Shown: positions 49,789 to 58,346, counted from the first letter of the stretch. The stretch: DNA of 58,346 nucleotides from a bacterium (GCA_043803945.1 JAZDJN010000059.1:1-58346); one strand, 5' to 3'. The notes: generated by a model from the letters alone, not told the origin. Translations and numbers: made by a program.

Positions 49789-50907
49789 ATGGAACGACAT
49801 CATCTTCGCGCAACTGTTTTCCTGATTGGAACCGTACTCCTCTGTTCCATTGCTGGATGGGAATTTTTGCAGATGCATCATCAAGATAAAATTCTACCTG
49901 GCTCCGGAGTCACGGGTACACGAACGTTGAGCTCATACTCTTCCACGCTCGCCGGAACTCAATCCGATGTTTTGATGTATGAGTTGAACAGCGGAAAACC
50001 GGGAGCAACAATCTTGGTGCTCGGCGGAACGCATCCCAACGAAGCTGCCGGATTTATGGCTGCAGTGCTGCTCATTGAACATGTAGTGATGAAGGAGGGA
50101 CGGTTATTAGTAATTCCCCAGGTGTGCGGCAATGGATTTACATGCACCGATCCGCTGGAAGCATCTCCCCAATCATTTGCACTTCAGTCAAAATCGGGAG
50201 AGAGACAGTTCAGATTTGGTTCACGCGGCAGCAATCCCATTGAGTCCTGGCCGGATCCGATTGTCTACCTCCATCATCCTTCAGGGCAGCAATTGTCTGG
50301 AAACGAAATTAGAAATCTCAACCGCTCCTATCCGGGCCGCGTCGATGGAACAATCACAGAGCAAATCGCCTATGCTGTTATGCAACTCATTAAGCAGGAG
50401 AAAGTCGATCTTGCGTTCGATCTCCACGAGGCTGCGCCGGAGATTCCGATTATCAATGCCATTGTGACTCACGAAAAAGGAAAGGAGATCGGTGCCAGCG
50501 CACTGTTGAATCTCGAGTTTGAAAATTTGCAATATGCCCTGGAAATGTCCCCTCCGAATTTCCATGGACTCAGTCATCGGGAATGGGGCGATTGGTCAAC
50601 CACCTATCCCTTTCTCATGGAAACGAGCAATCCAATCCAGGGTCGCCTGCGAGGACCAACAAGTGCTGCACTAATTCTTGAAGGACTCGATAAACGGTAT
50701 CAGGAGGCTGCAAAGCTTGTCACTGTTCGAATTACCTATGATGAGAAAGGGGAACCTCTGGCACGCCGTGTTGGCCGGCACTTGCGTGGATTGCAGGCGA
50801 TTTTCATCGCATTTCAGGAGGCGTTTCCCGACAAACGGATTACAGTGAATGGCATACCATCGTATGAGGAAATTGTGCAACGAGGAGTCGGTGACTATTT
50901 GCAATAG
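49789..50907 (+). CDS. M14/succinylglutamate desuccinylase-aspartoacylase family Zn hydrolase, N-terminally anchored or exported
   Basis: GGTHPNE, NLNRSYPG, DLHE; AAGGAG RBS; N-terminal hydrophobic segment. Confidence 0.88.
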   Translation: MERHHLRATVFLIGTVLLCSIAGWEFLQMHHQDKILPGSGVTGTRTLSSYSSTLAGTQSDVLMYELNSGKPGATILVLGGTHPNEAAGFMAAVLLIEHVVMKEGRLLVIPQVCGNGFTCTDPLEASPQSFALQSKSGERQFRFGSRGSNPIESWPDPIVYLHHPSGQQLSGNEIRNLNRSYPGRVDGTITEQIAYAVMQLIKQEKVDLAFDLHEAAPEIPIINAIVTHEKGKEIGASALLNLEFENLQYALEMSPPNFHGLSHREWGDWSTTYPFLMETSNPIQGRLRGPTSAALILEGLDKRYQEAAKLVTVRITYDEKGEPLARRVGRHLRGLQAIFIAFQEAFPDKRITVNGIPSYEEIVQRGVGDYLQ

Positions 50908-50943
50908 ATATTCAACCGTATGAACATAACAACTGGAGAATGT

Positions 50944-51501
50944 ATGAAAACACGAATCGTGGTTATGGCAATTGCAATCGTCTTGCTGGTGGTATTCCAA
51001 AGCGTGGTTTGCCTGGCGCAATTAAAAGCAAAATTTGAGCAGCCTGTTCTGGTGACCTCAGCGGGACAGAGTGCAGACGTGACCATAGCCGGTATGTTGT
51101 TTAAGAGAGCGAAAATCGTTGCGAACACTGTACCGATGGCAAAAGTCGGCGATCTGGATGGTGTGAAAACTCTCGTGATCGTCGCTGGATTCAGTTCCAA
51201 GGGGTTGGGCGCCGCAGGGATCAGCCGCGAGCAGGAACTCGCCCGCGTGAAATCTATTCTTGCCACAGCCAAAGAGAAAAAGATCAAAATTCTCACACTC
51301 CATCTTGGAGGCAAAGCACGAAGGGGAAATCAGTCCGATGACTTCAATGCCCTTGCGGCTGAAGCTTCAATCCACCTCATCATTGTGAAGCAGGGTGATG
51401 AAGATCAATTCTTCTCGAAGATTGCAGGAGAGAAAAAAATCCCAATCGATCTCGTCGATAAAATTGCTGATGCCATGACCCCGCTCGGTAAAATATTTTG
51501 A
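50944..51501 (+). CDS. Exported DUF6305-like protein
   Basis: VLVTSAGQSAD..GFSSKGLGAAGIS..E..R..LHLGGKARRG; signal peptide from ATG 50944. Confidence 0.75.
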   Translation: MKTRIVVMAIAIVLLVVFQSVVCLAQLKAKFEQPVLVTSAGQSADVTIAGMLFKRAKIVANTVPMAKVGDLDGVKTLVIVAGFSSKGLGAAGISREQELARVKSILATAKEKKIKILTLHLGGKARRGNQSDDFNALAAEASIHLIIVKQGDEDQFFSKIAGEKKIPIDLVDKIADAMTPLGKIF

Positions 51502-51596
51502 ACCTTGATGCTGGTACCTGAGTTTGGTGAAGGATTCTCCCCCTGCTCAGGGAGAGCAGTGTTCATTTAAGCATACTTGATTCTGGAGATGAAATC

Positions 51597-53492
51597 ATGA
51601 GTGTTCCGCGAAAAACTCGTCAGTACATTCTGTCGATCGTACTGTTTACGCTGGTTCCTCTTCTGCTGGTAGCTCAGCAGCTTTCTGTTGGAGCAAGAGG
51701 AAAGGAAGCCGTCGGTTCCAGGGTGATGGTAGCGACAGCACATCCGCTTGCGTCTGAGGCAGCGATTGCGATGGTTCAAAAAGGGGGGAATGCAGTTGAT
51801 GCAGCGGTCGCGGCAGCATTTGCTATCGGTGTCGTTGAGCCGGACGGTTCCGGAATTGGCGGAGGCGGGGGAATGCTGATTCGTCTGAAGAATGGATCGA
51901 ATATCTATATTAATTATTATCAACAAGCCTCTTCGAGGGTGAATGAAAATGGTTTTGTTGGAGGGAGAGACAATCAGACTGCCAAGGCAATATTGATACC
52001 CGGTACAGTCGCAGGACTCGCATTCGCAGTGAAAGAATACGGAACATTGCCCCTTGCCACCGTGCTTGAACCTGCCATCCGCTTGGCTGAGCAGGGTTTC
52101 CCCATCGATGAAACATTGAGCAAGATTATTCTAGATAATGTATCACTTCTGCAAAAACATCCGGCGACAGCATCGGTCTATTTACGCGATGGTTTTCCGC
52201 TCGCCGAAGGCGATCTCATTCAGCAGAAAGAACTGGCGAAGACTTTACGGATTGTTGCAGAACAGGGTGTCAAGGGATTCTATTCAGGCGATGTTGCACG
52301 AACAATTGTTGATGAAATCGTTTCCAGAGGCGGCATGGCAACGTTAGAGGATTTTCAGAATTGCAGTCCAACAGTAAGTGAACCGCTCCTGGGGAGTTAT
52401 CGGGGGTATACGATTATTTCCGCACCGCCGCCGCATTCGGGCGCAACCGTAATTGAAGCATTGAATGTTCTGGAAAATGTCGGCTTGAAGAAGATGGGAT
52501 ATTATGCAAATTCGACCGATGCATTCCATCTGCTTGCAGAAACTGTACGCCGTGTCTATGCCGATCGCGTTGCTACTCTTGCCGATCCACGCTTCGAGTA
52601 TGTCCCGATTCGCGGACTGCTTTCCAAGGATTTTGCCAAATCTCGATTCGCTGATATTAGTATGGCTGCTGTTAATCCACCGGAATATCGGCAGACCAAG
52701 GCGGGAAACCCCTTATCGTATGATACGGTTGATCAGAAAAGTTCACTCAAAAAAACTCCCGATCAGATGCCGGAGGCAAAACGCAGAGATAACCAGATTG
52801 ATGGAGATTCCTCCCCATCTTCTCGCCGGGGGGCGAAGGATATGAGTATGAATATTGCTGGTCTCAAGAATAAGAGAATTTTGAATTCGTTGAATGCGAA
52901 GACGATCCATGCTGTTGATGATATTCCTTTTGAAGCAGCGGGCGGCCATACAACGCATATCTCCATCATGGATCGAGATGGGAATATGGTCTCGCTTACA
53001 CAAACGCTGGGTACATTTTTTGGCTCCGGAGTCACCGCTGCTGGCGTCCTGCTAAATAATGCCATGTCGAATTTTGCTGCAACAGCACGGGTGAACAGCA
53101 TCCAGCCGAATAAACGGCCGAGAAGTTCCATTGCTCCAACCATTCTTCTGAAAGATGAAAAACCTTTCATGGTCGTTGGATCACCAGGAGCCACCCGGAT
53201 CATGGCCACTGTCATTACGCTCATCGTCAATGCGGTCGATTATGGGCTCGATGCAGCCGCCACCAACCGTGCTCCAAGATTTCTCTGCCAACGTTCTGAT
53301 GATGCCCTTTCACTTGAATCCCGGTTCACTCCCGAGGTGCAGGAAGGGATGAAAAAGAAGGGGCATAAGCTTCAATTATATGGCGATTATGATCTCTTCT
53401 TCGGCGGAGCCCAGATTATTCTTGTGGATCCATCCGGTATAATGCATGGTGTTGCCGATCCTCGACGGGGTGGGACTGCGATGGGATATTAG
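51597..53492 (+). CDS. ggt: Gamma-glutamyltransferase family protein (atypical, lid-less)
   Basis: GGNAVDAAVAAAFAIGVVEP..SGIGGGG, autoprocessing H-TTHIS, KRPRSS, ADPRRGG; signal peptide. Confidence 0.92.
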   Translation: MSVPRKTRQYILSIVLFTLVPLLLVAQQLSVGARGKEAVGSRVMVATAHPLASEAAIAMVQKGGNAVDAAVAAAFAIGVVEPDGSGIGGGGGMLIRLKNGSNIYINYYQQASSRVNENGFVGGRDNQTAKAILIPGTVAGLAFAVKEYGTLPLATVLEPAIRLAEQGFPIDETLSKIILDNVSLLQKHPATASVYLRDGFPLAEGDLIQQKELAKTLRIVAEQGVKGFYSGDVARTIVDEIVSRGGMATLEDFQNCSPTVSEPLLGSYRGYTIISAPPPHSGATVIEALNVLENVGLKKMGYYANSTDAFHLLAETVRRVYADRVATLADPRFEYVPIRGLLSKDFAKSRFADISMAAVNPPEYRQTKAGNPLSYDTVDQKSSLKKTPDQMPEAKRRDNQIDGDSSPSSRRGAKDMSMNIAGLKNKRILNSLNAKTIHAVDDIPFEAAGGHTTHISIMDRDGNMVSLTQTLGTFFGSGVTAAGVLLNNAMSNFAATARVNSIQPNKRPRSSIAPTILLKDEKPFMVVGSPGATRIMATVITLIVNAVDYGLDAAATNRAPRFLCQRSDDALSLESRFTPEVQEGMKKKGHKLQLYGDYDLFFGGAQIILVDPSGIMHGVADPRRGGTAMGY

Positions 53493-53562
53493 GTCAACAG
53501 CTTCGTTGATGCATTCAAAAATCGTATCTACTCAGCGAGATAAAAAATATCATTCTTTTTTT

Positions 53563-53640
53563 TGACCCCCTCTTAAATCTCCCCCTCTGAGGGGGAGTTA
53601 TATAAATCCCTCGCCTCTAAGGGGAGGTGTGGTGGGGTCA
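53563..53640. repeat. Composite C-tract/G-tract palindromic repeat
   Basis: TGACCCC..[CTCCCCCTCTGAGGGGGAG]..[CCTCGCCTCTAAGGGGAGG]..GGGGTCA. Confidence 0.6.
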
Positions 53641-53775
53641 GGCTTTGAGATGTACGATATTCATTTTGTGCAGACCTTTATGAATCACTATTCATCCTGA
53701 GTAATTTCAAAAAAACTATTGTATGTTAAAATAGAAATTATGTTGTAGATCGATGTTGTACTGTTTTGAAACGTT

Positions 53776-55671
53776 ATGTGTTTATTGAAAGAACAGATGA
53801 CCCACTTCGATAACTACGCTTCTGAAAGATCACAAAAAAGATTATGGAGAGGGCTACTTACCATTCTCCTGGTTTTAATCACTGAGTGCACATTCGCTGC
53901 ATTTGTTGACACGACCTTCATTCCCGGGAAATCCTATTTCGGCCGCAATGAGTATATCGAATATATCGCCGGGGACACGCCATATATCCTTTCTGCGCCC
54001 CACGGGGGTATTCTGAAGCCGGTTGAAATCCCAGATCGGGATAGTGGAGAGACAGTGATGGATAGTAATGTTCGAGAACTGGCTCGGTCGGTAAGTGAGG
54101 CAGTCTTTGCCCGCGAAGGAAAGTACCCCCATATCATCATCTGCCATCTTAGTCGTATAAAACTCGATGCGAACAGAGATCTTCCTCAAGCAACGAAGGG
54201 AGGCAATCCTGCTGCGGTTCAAGCATGGAAAGAATTTCAATCCTTTATCGATACAGCTAAACAAACGGTTGTTAAACAGTATGGAAAGGGATTTTACATC
54301 GATCTTCATGGTCATGGCCATCCAAATCAGAGGCTCGAATTAGGGTACATCCTCACCAGCTCAATGCTTTCTTACACCGATGCCGTTCTTGATCAACCCG
54401 CGTATGGAAATGCAAGCAGTATCCGGACGTTGATTCAGTATGCACAACTTCCATTTTCACAATTACTACGCGGCCCCCGAAGCCTGGGAAGTTTCTTTGA
54501 GAATCGCGGCTATCCTGCCACACCGAGCGAAATGCAGCCTAGTCCAAATGATCCAAGCTTTTGGTCGGGAGGATACAATACACAACGGCACGGTTCAAGT
54601 TCTGGCGGCCCGATCAGTGGTGTTCAGATTGAATGCAATATGACAGGTGTGCGTGATACGGATAAGAACAGGAAAAAATTTGCAGAAACGATTGCTGAAG
54701 TGTTCGACTATTACACCGCTCTCAATCTTTTCCGAAATCCGGTTGCAACCTCAAAACTGGCTCTCAACGAAATACTCTTTGATATTCCAGCAGACGATCC
54801 GGCGACACCGTTGTTGGAAGGGGATGTCAATGGCGATGGTGTTCGAAGTCCACGGGGGGATGAATTTATTGAGATTGTGAACGCAGGAACGACCGACGCA
54901 GACATCAGCGGGTATCGGATTTTGGAGAAGAATGCCTATCCAATTTTTACATTTCCTCAAAACGTAGTTCTGAAACCGAAGGAATATACCGTCGTTTTTG
55001 GGGGAGTAGATTCGAAGGGCTTTGGAAAACAATTTCCACCATCGCTGAAGCTCTTTGCGGCACAATGGGGCACCCCAGACTCGGGATTCTATTACTCGTC
55101 GAGCAAGACTAATCTGCTTGATACAACTGATAACGTTATTCTCTTCAATCCAAGAGCAAACGACATCATGGATGAAGTGCTTTGGGGCGCAGCGAAACCT
55201 CGCACGAAGAAAGGTGCGAAGCTGTTGAAACCATTTACTCTCCGTGGGGATAGCATCGCCGGCCCCATCGCTCAATCGGTAACGCGGAGTCCGGATGGCA
55301 CCGGACTCTGGGCACTGCATAAAACCGTCAGCCCCGTTGGAGGCGCATACTCGCCGGGCTTCTCGGCGACAACGGTCGTATCGACCACAAAAAATCCTGA
55401 ATCTACCGAAGCATATTCACTCTCACAAAACTATCCCAATCCTTTCAATGCCAGTACGCGGTTCGAAATCCAAATGCCTGAACAAAGCGATGTGTCTCTG
55501 ACAGTCATCGACCTCCTGGGCCGCCGAGTGGGCGAGATACTGCATAAGACATTGGAGCCGGGAACTCATCGTCTCCAATGGGATGCCGGGGTATTATCGA
55601 GCGGTGTGTATATTATTCAGCTCATGACCCGCACTCATACATTGAGACAGCGTGTCTTATTGATCAAATAG
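53776..55671 (+). CDS. T9SS-secreted Zn-amidohydrolase (N-formylglutamate amidohydrolase-like) with a lamin-tail-like domain
   Basis: SAPHGG, KLDANR, DLHGH, QIE; LNEILFD..GDVNGDG..DEFIEIVN..DISGY; type-A CTD; start may be 53797. Confidence 0.85.
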   Translation: MCLLKEQMTHFDNYASERSQKRLWRGLLTILLVLITECTFAAFVDTTFIPGKSYFGRNEYIEYIAGDTPYILSAPHGGILKPVEIPDRDSGETVMDSNVRELARSVSEAVFAREGKYPHIIICHLSRIKLDANRDLPQATKGGNPAAVQAWKEFQSFIDTAKQTVVKQYGKGFYIDLHGHGHPNQRLELGYILTSSMLSYTDAVLDQPAYGNASSIRTLIQYAQLPFSQLLRGPRSLGSFFENRGYPATPSEMQPSPNDPSFWSGGYNTQRHGSSSGGPISGVQIECNMTGVRDTDKNRKKFAETIAEVFDYYTALNLFRNPVATSKLALNEILFDIPADDPATPLLEGDVNGDGVRSPRGDEFIEIVNAGTTDADISGYRILEKNAYPIFTFPQNVVLKPKEYTVVFGGVDSKGFGKQFPPSLKLFAAQWGTPDSGFYYSSSKTNLLDTTDNVILFNPRANDIMDEVLWGAAKPRTKKGAKLLKPFTLRGDSIAGPIAQSVTRSPDGTGLWALHKTVSPVGGAYSPGFSATTVVSTTKNPESTEAYSLSQNYPNPFNASTRFEIQMPEQSDVSLTVIDLLGRRVGEILHKTLEPGTHRLQWDAGVLSSGVYIIQLMTRTHTLRQRVLLIK

Positions 55672-55932
55672 TCATCTGATAAATTGCTTGCTCTGACCTC
55701 TCCTCCTTGTCTTCGTGCGTATATGGATTCTCGGTGCTTGCTCAAAGAATCCGACCCTTGTCATTGATCCTTTCTTCCTGACAATTGATTTTACTCCTCC
55801 GATTCCATATGTTATTCATATTACTGCTGGCTCGGTTAATTGGCCAGATTGAAGGGAAGGTGTTACTGATGCTGATAACAACGGCTCGCTAGCCGGAACT
55901 CGAACAAGAAAATCCATATATACGAGGTAAGA

Positions 55933-56439
55933 TTGATGATGGAGAGTGGCAGAGAACTACACAATGAGGGGAAACACCCATCGCAGCATCGTATGCTTAT
56001 TGCGATTCGGGATGCGCTCAATGGATTTCTTCTCAACCTCCAACGCTATGTTGGCCTGCGGGTGGCTATTGGTATATTCATCATCATTGTTATGGCAAAT
56101 CTGGATGCTCTTGTTGATGTTTTTGTCAATCCCGACTTGCCGTACTTCCATCATCAGCATCTCATTGTTGGTTTGGTTACCGGACTTGTGACCACGGTCC
56201 TTTTCGGCATGTTGTCGATTTATGTAGCGAGTCTGAAACGCGCAATGAGCGAGATCAAAACCCTCAAGGGATTACTCCCAATCTGCAGTTCGTGTTATAA
56301 AATTCGTACGCAGGAGAATGAATGGCACTCCCTTGAAAAGTATATTTCGGCAAGAACAGATGCCCGATTTACCCATAGCCTTTGCCCCGATTGTGCACAA
56401 CGGCTCTATCCTGAAATGTATACGCAAGGGAATAAGTAA
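55933..56439 (+). CDS. Two-TM protein with a C-terminal CxxC..H.xCxxC zinc-binding-like tail
   Basis: LKGLLPICSSCYKIR..W..LEKYI..FTHSLCPDC, a tail I recall from sensory/receiver proteins. Confidence 0.78.
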   Translation: MMMESGRELHNEGKHPSQHRMLIAIRDALNGFLLNLQRYVGLRVAIGIFIIIVMANLDALVDVFVNPDLPYFHHQHLIVGLVTGLVTTVLFGMLSIYVASLKRAMSEIKTLKGLLPICSSCYKIRTQENEWHSLEKYISARTDARFTHSLCPDCAQRLYPEMYTQGNK

Positions 56440-56700
56440 AGGGTCAAGTATCGTTCAAACCGTAATGGGTGGTGAATCTCGTTCTTCTTTTCTCTGCTAT
56501 GCATAGTGAAGCGCCATCAATTCAAATTCGTTATACTCATCATCCTTTTTTATACTCGATGACGGAGACCCAGCTGATGCTGCCATCATCTCTGGCGATA
56601 ATGAACAAGGGCAGATATATAATAACAGGATTGGCTGTACCTTGTAAATGCAAAAGGATATTAGGTAAGTTCGGGAATAGAATATTTGGAAAGAGTCTCT

Positions 56701-57390
56701 ATGAAAACCATCGGCCTAATCGGTGGAACCATGTGGGTTTCCACTGCTGAGTACTATCGACGGATTAATGAAGGGATCAATAAAAAGCTGGGTGGCCTTG
56801 ATTTTGCCCGCTGTATTCTCTTTTCACTGAATTACGGCGACATTGATCGGTATAGTCGGACACAGGATTTCCAGCAAATCCATTCGCTCTTACTCGATGC
56901 TTCAAAAAAAGTGGTGGCTGCAGGTGCAGAATGCATTGCGCTTTGTGCCAATACCATGCATTACTATGCTGATGATTTGGAACGAGAAATCAATGTTCCC
57001 TTGATCCATATTGGCACCGCAACGGCAAAGGAAATTCAATCAAGAAAAATCTCTACGGTGGGCCTTCTTGGCACGAGAATGACAATGGAAAAAGATTTCT
57101 ACAAATCGAAATTACACCAGTATGGAATAACAACGCTGGTGCCCGATGAAGGTGATCGAGAGTACATTCACCGGGCAATCGATACTGAGCTTTCACAAAG
57201 TGTATTTTCGAATTCGTCGCGGGAGCGGTTTCTGAGGATTATAGGAAATCTCAGTGCACAGGGAGCGCAGGGCATTGTTCTTGGATGCACGGAAATTCCG
57301 CTCCTCGTCAAGCAGGAGCATTCAACGATTCCGCTCTTCGATACCATCGAAACACATACAAAGGCGATTCTGGAATTTGCGCTGCAGTAA
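56701..57390 (+). CDS. Aspartate/glutamate racemase family (RacX/YgeA-like)
   Basis: MKTIGLIGG..ST.EYY, CANTMH, GLLGTRMTM, LGCTEIPL. Confidence 0.92.
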   Translation: MKTIGLIGGTMWVSTAEYYRRINEGINKKLGGLDFARCILFSLNYGDIDRYSRTQDFQQIHSLLLDASKKVVAAGAECIALCANTMHYYADDLEREINVPLIHIGTATAKEIQSRKISTVGLLGTRMTMEKDFYKSKLHQYGITTLVPDEGDREYIHRAIDTELSQSVFSNSSRERFLRIIGNLSAQGAQGIVLGCTEIPLLVKQEHSTIPLFDTIETHTKAILEFALQ

Positions 57391-57561
57391 TGATTCAGTA
57401 TTCCCCATCTGGCCTGGATGCACTTTGTGACTTGATGGATTTGCCAAAAAGAGTGTTCGACGGAGTGATATTGCTGCAATCCTTTATTGTCATCAGATAA
57501 TCGGGTACTATTCATCACTGCAATTGATTACTCATCAATCATCAGTTCAGGAGACTCCTGG

Positions 57562-58011
57562 ATGAAGTCACAATCGTTGTTCCGATATGTATCCCCCTCG
57601 TTCTGGCTGCTTGCCATCGCACTCTGGAGCTGTTCAAATAAGACTGATACGACAACTGCTCAAGAGTTTATTGATCTCTACGTCAAGGCCTATAAAAGTG
57701 AAAATGTCGAGGCGATCCTGGCAATGCAGGCGAGTCTGGAAACGCTGAAGAAAACACCCATCACGCCTAAGCTGAAAGAACAACTCGAAAATTATTCCAT
57801 TGAAAAGGAACGAGAAAGAATTCAGAAGGATCTCGAAAGAAAAGGCCTTGGATATATCATGGGGACGAACACCAGGTATGAGAGCGAAAAGGATCATGAC
57901 GACCATATTCATGTTCGGGTCAAGGTTGATATCGCGTATTCCGAAATCGTTCTTGTAAGGGAAAATGGCTTGTTAAAAATTCATCCATGGCCAAGCTCGT
58001 ATATCAATTAG
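57562..58011 (+). CDS. Hypothetical lipoprotein
   Basis: AGGAG RBS, ATG 57562, lipobox LWS-C. Confidence 0.7.
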   Translation: MKSQSLFRYVSPSFWLLAIALWSCSNKTDTTTAQEFIDLYVKAYKSENVEAILAMQASLETLKKTPITPKLKEQLENYSIEKERERIQKDLERKGLGYIMGTNTRYESEKDHDDHIHVRVKVDIAYSEIVLVRENGLLKIHPWPSSYIN

Positions 58012-58056
58012 TACTGTTACCATATAGCATTACTGTGTTTTCTGACTCCATCGTCA

Positions 58057-58182
58057 GAGGTTGTCTACAAAGAATATACTAGGGCGTCACGAACCACTTC
58101 GTGACGCACAATGCGGATACCATTCAGAATTTTGGGATCACGGTGTGCCCACCCCGTGTTTTTTGCGGGGGACGTGATTCCC
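58057..58182 (+). mobile_element. IS1182-like MITE, copy 3 (inverted relative to copies 1 and 2)
   Basis: Begins GAGGTTGTCTACAAAG; GGGCGTCACGAACCACTTCGTGACGC and GATCACGGTGTGCCC..GGACGTGATT hairpins match the reverse complement of copies 1 and 2. Confidence 0.65.
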
Positions 58183-58216
58183 TTAGCACACTAGCTCATA
58201 TATCAACTAGAGAGCC

Positions 58217-58342
58217 GGTCGAAAAGTCCGCCACGGAGACACAGAGTTCACTGAGATCAATAAATGTTTGCTATATCCTCAATATTTCAAAAAGACTATC
58301 TCTGTGCTCTCTGTGACTCAGTGGCAAAGTCACTTTTCGACC
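58217..58342. repeat. CACAGAG/CTCTGTG-type element (copy 2) enclosed by an outer 11-bp inverted repeat
   Basis: GGTCGAAAAGT..GCCACGGAGACACAGAG..CTCTGTGACTCAGTGGC..ACTTTTCGACC. Confidence 0.65.
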
Positions 58343-58346
58343 AGAT

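Noticed and set aside
55820-55930. Possible structured leader RNA before the 55933 gene
   Set aside because: Only weak pairing and no match to riboswitch consensus sequences I can recognise

Overview
Bacterial chromosomal window, most likely from an Ignavibacteria/FCB-group organism (inferred from many proteins ending in a T9SS type-A 'QNYPNPFNPST' sorting domain and a TonB receptor / 'VVPNPY' protein / PorV-like triad). 1-18.8 kb: a tandem array of T9SS-secreted modular proteins, two of them about 2,500-2,700 aa. 19-35 kb: mixed genes (CBS protein, ECF sigma/anti-sigma operon, S9 peptidase, GH95-like hydrolase, Tex, DEAD-box helicase) and two paralogous ~75-aa coiled-coil proteins ending in beta-clamp-binding-like motifs. 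35-57 kb: a sigma54-type two-component system divergent from a long same-strand cluster. It encodes a T9SS protein, a TonB receptor, a surface protein, a PorV-like barrel, an exported Glu-racemase-like protein, a DctM-like permease, an unannotated 48-aa membrane protein, an M14 Zn-hydrolase, a DUF6305-like protein, an atypical lid-less GGT and a T9SS-secreted Zn-amidohydrolase. I interpret this cluster as a candidate PUL-like utilisation locus for poly-gamma-glutamate or D-Glu peptides (inference). Intergenic regions carry an IS1182-like MITE family and several nested palindromic repeat families. No rRNA, tRNA, CRISPR array or intact transposase/integrase was seen. Family assignments come from motif recognition by eye, not database searches.
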